The notes: generated by a model from the sequence alone, not told the origin. DNA of 59,701 nt from Candidatus Uhrbacteria bacterium RIFCSPHIGHO2_01_FULL_63_20 (GCA_001791045.1 MGDT01000007.1:60872-120572); one strand, 5' to 3'. Shown: positions 21,059 to 33,011, numbered from the stretch's first letter. Translations and numbers: made by a program.

Positions 21059-22201
21059 GTGCTTCACCTGAACGTCCCATATTGGCGCGCGGTCGCCATC
21101 ATGATCGGCGGCATCGTGGGGGTCGGCGTGTTCGGCATGCCGTACGCGTTTTCGCGCAGCGGGTTCGCGACCGGCCTGCTCACCCTCGCCCTGCTCGCGC
21201 TCGCCATGCTCGCGTTGAACCTCATGTACGCCGAGCTCGTGCTCCAGACGCCGGGCAAGCACCGGCTGGGCGGGTACGTGCGGACGTACCTGGGGGAGCG
21301 GTTCGCCCTCCCCGCGTCGGTCGTGATGATGGCGTCGCTCGCCGGAGCCATGCTCGCGTTCATGGTGGTGGGCGGGAAATTCCTTTCGACGCTCCTGTCG
21401 CCCGCGCTGGGCGGGCCCGAGGCCGCGTACGCGTTCGCGATCCCCCTGTTCTCCCTGTTCGCGTCGCGTCGCGGGGTCAAGCTCGCGAGCAAGGTCGAGA
21501 CCGTGGTCGTGGGCGCGACGCTGTTCCTGTTCGCGTTCATCGCCCTGTCGGCGCTCCCGCACGCGTCGGTCGGGAACCTCGCCACGAACGACCCGGCACG
21601 CGCGCTGCTGCCGTTCGGGATCGTGCTGTTCGCGCTCACGGGCGCCGGGATCATCCCCGAGATGCGCGACGTGTTGGGCGCCAGGCACCAGCGGTTGCTC
21701 CCGCGCGCCATCGTGCGCGCCTCGCTCGTGATCGCCCTCTTGTACGCCGCGTTCTGCGCGTCGGTGGTGGGCGCGACCGGGTCGGCCACCACGGAGGCGG
21801 CGTTCGACGGGCTCATCCCGCTGTTGGGGCGCTCCTTCGGCCTGATCGCCGCGTTGTTGGGCTCGCTCACGGTTACCTCCATCTTCCTCACCCACTCCGT
21901 CCAGCTCCAGCAGCTGTTGCACGTGGACCACGGGATGCGTCGCGCGCACGCCTGGCTCGTCGCCTCGCTCGCCGCGCCCGCCTTGTACCTGTCCGGGGCC
22001 AGGGATTTCATCAGCATCATCTCGTTCGTGGGATCGGTGCTGGGCGGGGCGATCGCGCTCCTCATCCTCGCGACCTACGAGACGATGCGGCGCGGGACCC
22101 GGTGCCGCGAACGCCGCTGCCTCGAGGTCCCGGTTGGCGTCTCGTGGGGAATTGCCGTAGTATTCATCATCGGTATCGCCATCGGAATCATTTCCTTATG
22201 A
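21059..22201 (+). CDS. Amino acid permease (aromatic amino acid/Trp-Tyr transporter-like family)
   Basis: About 11 TM helices. The N-terminal YWRAVAIMIGGIVGVGVFGMPYAF pattern. GTG start. Confidence 0.65.
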   Translation: MLHLNVPYWRAVAIMIGGIVGVGVFGMPYAFSRSGFATGLLTLALLALAMLALNLMYAELVLQTPGKHRLGGYVRTYLGERFALPASVVMMASLAGAMLAFMVVGGKFLSTLLSPALGGPEAAYAFAIPLFSLFASRRGVKLASKVETVVVGATLFLFAFIALSALPHASVGNLATNDPARALLPFGIVLFALTGAGIIPEMRDVLGARHQRLLPRAIVRASLVIALLYAAFCASVVGATGSATTEAAFDGLIPLLGRSFGLIAALLGSLTVTSIFLTHSVQLQQLLHVDHGMRRAHAWLVASLAAPALYLSGARDFISIISFVGSVLGGAIALLILATYETMRRGTRCRERRCLEVPVGVSWGIAVVFIIGIAIGIISL

Positions 22202-22611
22202 TGACCCATGTCTTCTTTTCCTTCCGGAGCCTCTTGTGGTGGCTGGGCCTGTTCCCGACGCTCTACATCGCTTCGGTCATGCTGTACGTGACGACGGTCG
22301 CCACGGGGAACCCCAGTTACCTCTATCTCGCGCAACTTGCCGGCCCGGGGCTGTTCCTGCTGTTCGGTTGGCTCTATTTCCGCAAACTCGAGATCCAGAC
22401 GTTCGAATTCCACTTCGCGACCGGGCTCATGTGGGTGGTGCTCACCCTCGCGGGCTACGCGCTCCTCATGCGGCCGATTTACGGCGTGTCCTGGCTCTCC
22501 GTGTTCGGCGTGGGCACGCTCGTGGGGCAGGCGGCGAATCTTGCGGCGGTGCTCATCGCCGGTCATATCGCCAAGAAACATCCCAACCGGTCGCTTCCGG
22601 GGAATCCCTAA
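22198..22611 (+). CDS. Small hypothetical membrane protein (137 aa)
   Basis: ATGA overlap with the permease stop. Four hydrophobic helices. It is the only credible part of the 1012-aa ORF 19573..22611. Confidence 0.55.
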   Translation: MMTHVFFSFRSLLWWLGLFPTLYIASVMLYVTTVATGNPSYLYLAQLAGPGLFLLFGWLYFRKLEIQTFEFHFATGLMWVVLTLAGYALLMRPIYGVSWLSVFGVGTLVGQAANLAAVLIAGHIAKKHPNRSLPGNP

Positions 22612-23417
22612 CGGGAGAGCGCGGCCTTCACGACGTTGTTCAAGAGCATCGCGACGGTCATGGGACCCACGCCCCCGGGGACGGGGGTGAGGAACGCGGC
22701 CACCGGCTCGACGCTCGGGCGGTCCACGTCCCCGACGATCTTCCCGTCGATCTTCGTCGTCCCCACGTCGATGACGACGGCACCCGGCTTCACCATGTCT
22801 CCCGTGATGAGATTCGGACGCCCGACGGCCACGATGAGCACGTCGGCGTTTTTCGTCGTCCGAGGATCCGGCTCGGCCGTGGCCGTGACGCCGCGTTCGG
22901 CGAGCAGCGCGATGAGCGGTTCGGCGAACACCTCGCCAGACACGATCACCGCCTTCCTGCCCGCGAGCGGTTGCTTCGTTTCCTCGATGAGTTTCATCAC
23001 GCCGAGCGCGACCGCCGGCGCCAGCGCAGGCTTCCCGGCCTTCAGCGCCTCCACGTTCGCCCGATGGAACCCGTCCACGTCCTTTTTCGGATCGATGGCG
23101 GCCACGACCGTGTCTGCGTCCTGCGCGGGGAGGGGGAGCTGCACCAGGATCCCGACCACCTCGGGGCGCGCGTTGAGTTGCCGCACGCGGTCGACGAGCT
23201 CGCCGGTCGAGACGTCCGAGGGATACTCGTAGCGTTCGAACGGGATGGCGACCTCATGGCACGCCTGTTCCTTGAGCCGCACGTAGGTGTGGGAGGCCGG
23301 GTCCTCGCCGACGAGCAAGACGGCCAGATGCGGCGTCTCCGGCATGGCCGCGACGCGTTCCTTCATCTTCGCGCGGATGCGCGCGGCCACGGCCTTTCCA
23401 TCCAAAATTACCGCCAT
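22608..23417 (-). CDS. folD: Bifunctional methylene-THF dehydrogenase/cyclohydrolase FolD
   Basis: ILDGKAVA, LVGEDPAS..YV..K, VQLPLP, GGVGPMT. Confidence 0.95.
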   Translation of the reverse strand: MAVILDGKAVAARIRAKMKERVAAMPETPHLAVLLVGEDPASHTYVRLKEQACHEVAIPFERYEYPSDVSTGELVDRVRQLNARPEVVGILVQLPLPAQDADTVVAAIDPKKDVDGFHRANVEALKAGKPALAPAVALGVMKLIEETKQPLAGRKAVIVSGEVFAEPLIALLAERGVTATAEPDPRTTKNADVLIVAVGRPNLITGDMVKPGAVVIDVGTTKIDGKIVGDVDRPSVEPVAAFLTPVPGGVGPMTVAMLLNNVVKAALSR

Positions 23418-23462
23418 ATCGGCGGTAATCTAGCATCCTGCAGGCCGTTTGTCACTCTGGAT

Positions 23463-23549
23463 TCAAGGCTTGGCCAACAGGCCGAGGTACAGGAGGCCGA
23501 TGACCAGCAGACCCGCGACCAGGTCGCGGATCCAATCAGGCCGGTTCAT
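23463..23549 (-). CDS. Candidate 28-aa TM micropeptide between glyA and folD
   Basis: The ATG lies 1 nt after the glyA stop codon. MNRPDWIRDLVAGLLVIGLLYLGLLAKP. GC3-rich. Confidence 0.35.
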   Translation of the reverse strand: MNRPDWIRDLVAGLLVIGLLYLGLLAKP

Positions 23550-23550
23550 A

Positions 23551-24792
23551 TCAGTACGACAGCCCCGGGTACAGCGGGAACCGATCGGTGAGCACCTTCA
23601 CGTCGCCCTTGATCCGGGAGAGTGTCGCCTCGTCCTCGTGATGGGCGATGGCCTCATCGATCCAACCGGCGATCGTCCGCATCTCTCCTTCCTTCATCCC
23701 GCGCGTGGTGATGGCCGGGGTGCCCAGCCGGATGCCGGAAGGATCCATGGGACCGCGCGGGTCGTCGGGAACGGCGTTCTTGTTGACCGTGATCCCCGCG
23801 GAATCGAGGGAGTGCTGCGCCTGACGCCCCGTGAGCCCCCTTTGCGTGACGTCGATGAGGAGCAGGTGGTTGTCGGTCCCGCCGAAACAGAGGCGATACC
23901 CGCGCTTCAGGAATTCCTCTTCCAGCACCTTCGCGTTCTTCCTGACCTGTCTCGCGTACTCCTTGAACGCCGGTTCGAGCGCCTCCTTGAAGGCGACGGC
24001 CTTGGCCGCGATCACGTTCTCGTGCGGGCCGCCCTGCAAGCCGGGGAAGACCGCCTTGTCCACCGCCTTCTGGTGGGCCGCCTTGCACAGGATCATCCCG
24101 CCGCGCGGGCCGCGCAGCGTCTTGTGCGTGGTGGTGGTGACGATGTCGAAGAGCGGCACCGGGTTCATCATCTCGCCGGCCGCGATGAGCCCCGCGATGT
24201 GCGCCACGTCCGCCATGGCGAACGCCCCGACCTCGTCGGCGATCGCCTTCACCTTGGCGTAATCGATCTCGCGCGAGTACGCGCTGTAGCCAACCAGGAT
24301 CATCCTCGGCTTGTGCTCGAGCGCCATCGTCCGAAGGTGGTCGTAGTCGAGGGTGCCGTCGGGCGCGGTCTTGTATCGGACGAAGGCGTAGATGCCGGCC
24401 ATGAACGTGACCGGATGGCCGTGCGTGAGGTGGCCGCCGTGGGAGAGGTCCATGCCGAGGATCGTGTCGCCGGGCTTGAGCAGGGCCGAGTAGGCGGCGA
24501 GGTTCGCCGGCGCGCCCGAGAGCGGTTGCACGTTCACGTGCTCTGCGCCGAACAGCGCCTTCGCGCGGCCGATGGCGAGCGTCTCTATCTCGTCCACGAA
24601 CTGGCAGCCGCCGTAATAGCGCTTGCCCGGATACCCCTCGGCGTATTTGTTGGTGGCGACGCTCCCGAGCGCCTCGAGCACGGCTTCGGACACGAAGTTC
24701 TCGGAGGGGATGAGTTCGAGCCCTTCTCGCTCCCGCGCAAGTTCGCGGTCGAGCGCGGCGGACACGTCGGGGTCGTAGGCGGCAAGTTTCAT
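23551..24792 (-). CDS. glyA: Serine hydroxymethyltransferase
   Basis: [35 protein letters not shown]. Only the 413-aa portion from MKLAAYDP is credible within the 875-aa ORF. Confidence 0.95.
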   Translation of the reverse strand: MKLAAYDPDVSAALDRELAREREGLELIPSENFVSEAVLEALGSVATNKYAEGYPGKRYYGGCQFVDEIETLAIGRAKALFGAEHVNVQPLSGAPANLAAYSALLKPGDTILGMDLSHGGHLTHGHPVTFMAGIYAFVRYKTAPDGTLDYDHLRTMALEHKPRMILVGYSAYSREIDYAKVKAIADEVGAFAMADVAHIAGLIAAGEMMNPVPLFDIVTTTTHKTLRGPRGGMILCKAAHQKAVDKAVFPGLQGGPHENVIAAKAVAFKEALEPAFKEYARQVRKNAKVLEEEFLKRGYRLCFGGTDNHLLLIDVTQRGLTGRQAQHSLDSAGITVNKNAVPDDPRGPMDPSGIRLGTPAITTRGMKEGEMRTIAGWIDEAIAHHEDEATLSRIKGDVKVLTDRFPLYPGLSY

Positions 24793-24823
24793 ACTGAGCG
24801 CATTGTAGTGAGAGGTGGCCCGC

Positions 24824-24852
24824 TTGACAACGAGGCCGGAAAACCCTAGGCT
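24824..24852 (+). promoter_or_regulatory. Candidate promoter for the 24907 gene
   Basis: TTGACA (24824-24829), 17-nt spacer, TAGGCT (24847-24852). Confidence 0.45.
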
Positions 24853-24906
24853 GCGTCGACCCTTCAACCCCGCTACGGTGGCGGAAGCGAGGGCGACGGA
24901 GGCACG

Positions 24907-26139
24907 ATGGGTGCCATGCCCGGAACCTTGGACAACGGCGCCCCACGGGCGCCGAAAAAGAAATCGGAATCGAAGCGATTGTGCCCGGTCCCGCGGTCCA
25001 GCGCCCCCAACGGCTCGCCGATCATGCTCGTGCGGTCGCGACGCGTGGCGACGAGCCTGGACGGCCACTACGCGGCGACGGTGACCGAGGAGGGCGGCGG
25101 CCTGTACCTCAGGCATTCGGCCTCCGCGCTCGCGCCCGTGCCGATGGCCGACGCGTCGATCATCCTCGTCCACCCGGACGCGGTGATGGCGCACGCCCAG
25201 CTGCACGATTGGGCGGGAATCGTCCGCCTGACCACCGATGGGATCGAACGGCTCGCGGAGCTCCCCGTCTTCAGCGGGGTGGTCGCCAGTCCGTCGGGAC
25301 CGTTCGTGCACGGACAGGTGACCGAGAGCCGTCGCCGGATCGTGCTCCCCGATTTCCACGCGGTCGACGACCAGATGGAATTCGTGAGGGGGGTCGGGGA
25401 GTGGCGGCCGCTCGAGACGGTGCTCACGGCGCTGCCCGACGGCAAGCTCCTGTCCGTGCGCCGGCGCGACGGCACGTGGGAACGGGCTGTCTACGGCGAC
25501 GGTCCCGCGGACGTGCTCCCGCTCGGGAACGATCCGGCGGTGTACTGGCTTCCGCTCGCCGAGGGCGTCACGATCCGCGATCGCGGCGTGTCGTACCTGC
25601 TCGAGGGGCCTGGCGGCTTCGTGGAGCGGGACGGAGCGATCGAGATGGCCTGGCTCGCGAGCGACCTGTCGCACGCGCTCCTGCTCGAGAGCCCGCCCAC
25701 GCAGGCGAGCGCGGTCTCGCCATGGTCCGGGCCGAAACGCCGGCTGCTGCGGCTGTCGGACGACGGCACGATCGACGTGATCCATCACGGGCGCTTCTGC
25801 ATGCGGCTCACGGACGTGTGGTGGTCGCGGCATGCGTGCGTCGCGGCCGCGCTCGTGCGGTACGAGGACGGCCTCGGCCGGCGGACCGGGCGGGAGGTGC
25901 TCCTCTCGGCCTCGCCTGCGCGGACGTTCGCCCCGGACGTGAGCATGGACGAGTGCCTGGTCGCGAGCGACGGGACCGTCGCGGCCTACGTGGCGCGATG
26001 GAGCGGACGCTGTTCCGTGTTCGTGGGTCGGCGCGAGTACGGGCCCTATGACCACGCCTGGAACTTGTCGGTCGACATGGACCAGGTCGTGTTCAACGCG
26101 ATGGACGGCGGCGATGTGCAACGCGTCACGGCGACCTGA
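24907..26139 (+). CDS. Hypothetical protein (410 aa), no recognisable domain
   Basis: GGAGG RBS (24898-24902) 4 nt before the ATG. Strong GC3 bias in this frame. Followed by a terminator. Confidence 0.6.
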   Translation: MGAMPGTLDNGAPRAPKKKSESKRLCPVPRSSAPNGSPIMLVRSRRVATSLDGHYAATVTEEGGGLYLRHSASALAPVPMADASIILVHPDAVMAHAQLHDWAGIVRLTTDGIERLAELPVFSGVVASPSGPFVHGQVTESRRRIVLPDFHAVDDQMEFVRGVGEWRPLETVLTALPDGKLLSVRRRDGTWERAVYGDGPADVLPLGNDPAVYWLPLAEGVTIRDRGVSYLLEGPGGFVERDGAIEMAWLASDLSHALLLESPPTQASAVSPWSGPKRRLLRLSDDGTIDVIHHGRFCMRLTDVWWSRHACVAAALVRYEDGLGRRTGREVLLSASPARTFAPDVSMDECLVASDGTVAAYVARWSGRCSVFVGRREYGPYDHAWNLSVDMDQVVFNAMDGGDVQRVTAT

Positions 26140-26142
26140 CCA

Positions 26143-26170
26143 CCCCTGGATGAGGAGTCCGGGGGTTTTT
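26143..26170 (+). terminator. Rho-independent terminator
   Basis: cccctgga-tgaggag-tccggggg-ttttt. Confidence 0.65.
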
Positions 26171-26172
26171 CT

Positions 26173-26200
26173 TTGCAAAAGACGCGTTTTTCGCTATGCT
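26173..26200 (+). promoter_or_regulatory. Candidate murC promoter with a very short leader
   Basis: TTGCAA (26173-26178), 16-nt spacer, TATGCT (26195-26200). ATG at 26210. Confidence 0.45.
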
Positions 26201-26209
26201 CTGCGCGGT

Positions 26210-27580
26210 ATGTTCGAAGGGTTGAAACGCGCGCATTTCGTCGGTATCGGCGGCATCGGCATGAGCGCCGCGGCCAAGTTCCTGGCCGCGCGAGGCGTGG
26301 CCGTCACCGGCTCCGACATGAAGACGTCGGCGATCGCCGACGCGCTCGCGGCGCGGGGCGTTTCCGTCTCCATCGGACAGTCCGCTCTGAACGTGCCCGA
26401 AGACGCCGGCCTCATCGTCTATTCCTCCGCCGTTCCCGAGACGAATCCTGAACGGGTCCGGGCAAAGGAGCTTGGCGTCCCAGAGCGTTCATATCCGGAA
26501 TTCCTCGGGGAGATTTCCAAGGCCAAACGGACGATCGTCGTCACGGGTACGAACGGGAAGAGCACGACGACGGCGATGTTAGGACTCATCCTGGAAGCCG
26601 CCGGCATGGATCCCACGGTCATCGTCGGCTCGCTCGTGCCCGGGTTCCCCGACGGTAACCTGCGGGTGGGCAAAGGGGAATGGTTCGTGGTGGAAGGGTG
26701 CGAGTACCGGGCGAACGTGTTGAACCTCGATCCTGAGGCGATCGTGTTCACGAACATCGAGGAGGACCATCTGGATTATTTCAAGGACATCGACCACATC
26801 CGCCAGGTGTTCCAGTCGTTTGCGGACAAGGCGAAGGGGAAGGGGCCGGTCGCGTGGAACGCCGATGACCCGCAATCCTCGACGCTCACGCTCGACAAAG
26901 GAGTGAGCTACGCCATGGAAGCATCCGCTGACATCAATGGGGGAAACCGCCGCGTTGAAAACGGAAAGCAAATGATCGACGTCGTCCGACGCGGCTCCTC
27001 ATTGGGCCGATTGGTCCTATCGGTCCCAGGGAAATTCAACGCCATGAACGCGCTCGCGGCGAGCGCGATGGCCATGGAGCTTGGCGTATCGTTCGACGTA
27101 TGCGCCAAGACGCTCGCGGCTTTCACCGGCATCTGGCGGCGCTTCGAGCGGGTCGGGACGTTCCAGGGCGCCGAGGTGATTTCCGACTACGGCCATCATC
27201 CCACGGCGATCCGCGGCACCATCGAGGCCGCCCGCGAGTTCTTCCCGGGTCGCCGCGTCGTGCTGTGTTTCCAGCCGCATCAGCATTCGCGCACGCTCGA
27301 GCTCAAGGACGAGTTCATCGCGGCGCTCAAGGACGCCGACGTCGCCGTGGTCCCCGAAATCTACGGCGTCACCGGCCGCACCGAGGAAGAAGCGAAGCTC
27401 ATTTCGAGCCAGGACCTGGTGGATGGCGTGAAGGGTTCGGTCTACGCGAAGGACCTGGGGGAGGCGCAGACCATCCTGTCCGGGGTCGTCCGAGACGGGG
27501 ACGTGCTCATCATCCAGGGCGCGGGAGACGTAGATGAACTGGCACGAACGCTATGCGCGACGTCTTCGGCGGCCGTTTGA
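26210..27580 (+). CDS. murC: UDP-N-acetylmuramate--L-alanine ligase MurC
   Basis: HFVGIGGIGMSAAA, VTGTNGKSTT, DYGHHP. Confidence 0.95.
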   Translation: MFEGLKRAHFVGIGGIGMSAAAKFLAARGVAVTGSDMKTSAIADALAARGVSVSIGQSALNVPEDAGLIVYSSAVPETNPERVRAKELGVPERSYPEFLGEISKAKRTIVVTGTNGKSTTTAMLGLILEAAGMDPTVIVGSLVPGFPDGNLRVGKGEWFVVEGCEYRANVLNLDPEAIVFTNIEEDHLDYFKDIDHIRQVFQSFADKAKGKGPVAWNADDPQSSTLTLDKGVSYAMEASADINGGNRRVENGKQMIDVVRRGSSLGRLVLSVPGKFNAMNALAASAMAMELGVSFDVCAKTLAAFTGIWRRFERVGTFQGAEVISDYGHHPTAIRGTIEAAREFFPGRRVVLCFQPHQHSRTLELKDEFIAALKDADVAVVPEIYGVTGRTEEEAKLISSQDLVDGVKGSVYAKDLGEAQTILSGVVRDGDVLIIQGAGDVDELARTLCATSSAAV

Positions 27581-28533
27581 AAGAACACGAGCCCATGGCT
27601 CGGCATACCAACTTTCGCATCGGCGGGCCGGCGAGGTGGTATGCGGAGGTGAAGAGCGAGGAGGAGCTCGTCGCGGCGCTCGAGGCGGCGAAGGAGGCGG
27701 ACGTGCCGATGTTCGTGCTGGGCGGCGGAAGCAACACGCTGTTCGCGGACGAGGGGTTCCCGGGGCTGGTGTTGCAAATGGCCATGCGCAAGACCGAGAT
27801 CGTCGGAACTACCGTCATGGCAGAGGCCGGAGCGCTGATGGCCGGACTTGCGCGGGCGACGGCGGACGCGGGGCTCGCCGGGCTCGAGTGGGCGATTTCG
27901 CTCCCAGGAACCGTCGGCGGCGCGGTCCGGGGGAATGCGGGATGCTTCGGCGGGGAGACGAAAGACCGTCTGACGAGCGTCCGGATGCTCATTTCGGAAA
28001 CGGTCGCGACCGCGACAAAAAGCAAAATCAAGGAAGTACCGGCAAGCGAGCTTGCCATGGGGTATCGCCACTCGGCCATCAAGCATTCGCACGATATCGT
28101 GCTGTCCGCGACGTTCGAGCTCGTCGATGGCGATCCGGAAGGATTGAAGAAGCGTCAGGCCGACATCCTGGCGAAGCGCAAGGCGAGCCAACCGTTGTAC
28201 GCCGGCAGCGCGGGGTGCCTGTTCAAGAACGTCGAGCTGGATTCCGAGGATCTCATGCAACGAGCGAACGCGCTTTCCGATATACCTGGCGCCAAAGAGA
28301 TGATCGCCAGCCATCGGGTGTCCGCTGGCTGGCTCATCGACAAGGCGGGGATGAAAGGGGAACGCGTCGGTGACGCGCAGGTGAGCGAGAGCCACGGCAA
28401 TTTCATCGTGAACCTCGGCGGGGCGAAGGCGGCCGACGTCCGCGCCCTTTCTGGCCGGGTGAAACGGGCCGTCCGCGACCGGTTTGGCATCCCGTTGGAA
28501 GAGGAGGTACAGTGGGTCGGGAACCCTTCTTAA
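27553..28533 (+). CDS. murB: UDP-N-acetylenolpyruvoylglucosamine reductase MurB
   Basis: HTNFRIGGPA, LGGGSN, GTVGGAVRGNAGC, C-terminal KLSAGWLIDKAG-like motif. Overlaps the murC end by 28 nt. Confidence 0.9.
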   Translation: MRDVFGGRLKEHEPMARHTNFRIGGPARWYAEVKSEEELVAALEAAKEADVPMFVLGGGSNTLFADEGFPGLVLQMAMRKTEIVGTTVMAEAGALMAGLARATADAGLAGLEWAISLPGTVGGAVRGNAGCFGGETKDRLTSVRMLISETVATATKSKIKEVPASELAMGYRHSAIKHSHDIVLSATFELVDGDPEGLKKRQADILAKRKASQPLYAGSAGCLFKNVELDSEDLMQRANALSDIPGAKEMIASHRVSAGWLIDKAGMKGERVGDAQVSESHGNFIVNLGGAKAADVRALSGRVKRAVRDRFGIPLEEEVQWVGNPS

Positions 28534-28543
28534 CGCGACCGAT

Positions 28544-28885
28544 ATGCAACTCATTTCGCTCAAAGGGACGCAGATCGAGCTCACGGACGCCATCAAGGAC
28601 TACGTGGACGTCCGCCTCAAGGCGATCGAGAAATTCACCACGGACTTCGGGATGGCGGAGATCAGCGTCGAGTGCGGGCGCACGAGCGGGCATCACAACA
28701 AGGGGAACGTGTACCGCTGCGAGATGACGCTCCAGGTGCCCGGCAAGGTGTTGCGGGCCCAGCGCGAGGCCGAGGACCTGTACGAGGCGATCGACCTCGT
28801 GAAGGACGAGCTGGTGCGCCAGGTCAAGGATTACAAGGGAATCCTTTCGGACTCGCATCGCGGGGCGCGCCCGGACAAGGTGTGA
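28544..28885 (+). CDS. hpf: Ribosome hibernation/associated factor (HPF/RaiA, short form)
   Basis: IELTDAIKDYV...KF.....A.I..E...........V.L.VPGK.L.A....EDLY.AIDLV.D.L.RQ. Classic position upstream of secA. Confidence 0.85.
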   Translation: MQLISLKGTQIELTDAIKDYVDVRLKAIEKFTTDFGMAEISVECGRTSGHHNKGNVYRCEMTLQVPGKVLRAQREAEDLYEAIDLVKDELVRQVKDYKGILSDSHRGARPDKV

Positions 28886-28887
28886 GT

Positions 28888-28920
28888 CAGGGTGTAGGGG
28901 GTAGTGCGTAGGGAGTAGGC
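28888..28920 (+). repeat. GTAGGGN heptad run between the hpf stop and its terminator
   Basis: cagggtgtagggggtagtgcgtagggagtaggc, with 7-nt periodicity. Confidence 0.6.
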
Positions 28921-28950
28921 GAAGCAGGGGGGACCCTGCTTCTTGATTTA
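28921..28950 (+). terminator. hpf terminator hairpin
   Basis: gaagcaggg-ggga-ccctgcttc-ttgattt. Confidence 0.65.
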
Positions 28951-28981
28951 AACCCGTTTTTCCGGCACACTCACGCGCGAT

Positions 28982-31777
<2,796 letters not shown>

Positions 31778-31800
31778 GTCGTATAGGACCACTGGGACCT

Positions 31801-32346
31801 ATGGAGGAATCGCTCATTCCCGCACATGGTGGCTACCGAAAATTGAAATCGTTCCAGACCACGACGATCGTTTACGATTTGACCGTCGATTTCTGCAGCC
31901 GTTTCGTGAAGGATTACCGGATGAAGGACCAAATGGTCCAGGCGGCTCGATCAGGACGGCAGAACATCGCGGAGGGCTGCCAGGCATCCGGCACGTCGAA
32001 AAAGACCGAGCTGAAGCTTATCAGCGTCGCTCGCGCGAGCCTGGAAGAGCTGTTGTTGGATTTCGAGGATTATTTGCGTCAGCATCAGCTGGCCCAATGG
32101 GAAAAGGATCACCCGAAGGCGTTGAGCGTCCGCGCGTTCGGCTACGAAGACGATAGGTCCTATTCGACGTATTCGTCCTATGTGGAAACGGCCGAGAGCG
32201 CCGCGAACACCGCGCTCTGCCTGATCCATCAAGCGAACTACCTGTTGGACCAGCAGCTTCGCGCGTTGGAGAAGCAATTCATGGAGGAGGGTGGATTCAC
32301 CGAGCGGCTGTATCGCATGCGTCGCGACAAGCGAGATACCGATTGA
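31801..32346 (+). CDS. Four-helix-bundle protein (23S rRNA intervening-sequence protein / Avd family) with the four-helix-bundle suffix domain
   Basis: YRKLKSFQ..T.IVYDLT..F...F........DQMVQAARSG.QNIAEG and the C-terminal GGFTERLYRMRR. Visibly more A/T-rich than its neighbours. Confidence 0.8.
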   Translation: MEESLIPAHGGYRKLKSFQTTTIVYDLTVDFCSRFVKDYRMKDQMVQAARSGRQNIAEGCQASGTSKKTELKLISVARASLEELLLDFEDYLRQHQLAQWEKDHPKALSVRAFGYEDDRSYSTYSSYVETAESAANTALCLIHQANYLLDQQLRALEKQFMEEGGFTERLYRMRRDKRDTD

Positions 32347-32347
32347 T

Positions 32348-32373
32348 CCGCCCCTTGCCCGGGGGCGGCTTTC
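32348..32373 (+). terminator. Weak terminator-like hairpin after the four-helix-bundle gene
   Basis: ccgcccc-ttgcccg-ggggcgg-cttt. Confidence 0.4.
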
Positions 32374-32399
32374 GCTGCAGGATGGCGGCGGAGGTTACC

Positions 32400-32717
32400 A
32401 TGCACGAATTCCCAAGGCACGAAGTCCCAAGCTCCGCGACCGAACTCCTCAAGAAGGCGCTCAAGGCCCATGGGGCGTTCAAGGACGTGGATCACGCACG
32501 GCCGCAGCTCGCGATGGACGAAAGGGGGTGGGAAGCGAACATCCTCAAGTTCATCTATCGAAGCCTGCCCTATTACGCGCACGTTGGACGGGAGATCGAG
32601 ATCACCCGTCCGGGAGGATTCCTGAAGGAACGCCCGGTCGGGAAGCCGATCCCGGTCGATACCGAACATCTCGCCGAACTGATCGCGAAGACGATCGACG
32701 ACGCCAAACTCGAATGA
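32400..32717 (+). CDS. Hypothetical protein (105 aa)
   Basis: GGAGG (32390-32394) 5 nt before the ATG at 32400. No recognisable motif. Confidence 0.55.
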   Translation: MHEFPRHEVPSSATELLKKALKAHGAFKDVDHARPQLAMDERGWEANILKFIYRSLPYYAHVGREIEITRPGGFLKERPVGKPIPVDTEHLAELIAKTIDDAKLE

Positions 32718-32796
32718 ACGCCGCCGCCCTTGCCCAGTACTACAACCATACGTCTCCGGTTGTAGTACTGGGCTTGCTCCGGGCGGCGTTTCGTTT
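32717..32796 (+). terminator. Unusually long compound hairpin (9 bp + 15 bp) followed by a T-rich tail
   Basis: Outer stem aacgccgcc/ggcggcgtt (32717-32725 / 32782-32790). Inner perfect 15-bp stem cccagtactacaacc/ggttgtagtactggg (32733-32747 / 32758-32772). Then tcgttt. Confidence 0.65.
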
Positions 32797-32809
32797 AGAA
32801 TGCAAACAC

Positions 32810-33010
32810 ATGCTGGGCGTCTACGAACACTATAAGGGCAACTGTTACGAGGTGATCGCGGAAGGGAAGATCGAGGCGACGCTCGAGCCGTGCGTGATCT
32901 ACCGGGCCTTGTACGGGGAAGGAGATGTTTGGGTGCGGCCCACCGCGGATTTCCTCGCGGAGGTCGAAAAGGACGGGGTTCGAGTGCCGAGATTCAGGAA
33001 GGTCGAATGA
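32810..33010 (+). CDS. DUF1653-domain protein
   Basis: YEHYKGNCYEVIAEGK...EPCVIYRALYGEGDVWVRP...F.....DGVRVPRF. Confidence 0.75.
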   Translation: MLGVYEHYKGNCYEVIAEGKIEATLEPCVIYRALYGEGDVWVRPTADFLAEVEKDGVRVPRFRKVE

Positions 33011-33011
33011 T

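Noticed and set aside
19573-22611. 1012-aa plus-strand ORF spanning the dnaB antisense, the permease region and beyond
   Set aside because: Only the last 137 codons (22198-22611) behave like a gene (hydrophobic helices, ATGA coupling). The rest is antisense to dnaB or out of frame with the permease.
24793-26178. Upstream extension of the glyA ORF (875 aa in total)
   Set aside because: SHMT homology starts at MKLAAYDP (24792). The extension is antisense to the better-supported plus-strand gene 24907-26139, which has a GGAGG RBS, GC3 bias and a terminator.
31801-32346. Four-helix-bundle/Avd-family gene as a marker of a diversity-generating retroelement
   Set aside because: No reverse transcriptase and no template/variable repeat pair with A-specific mismatches is visible within the window.
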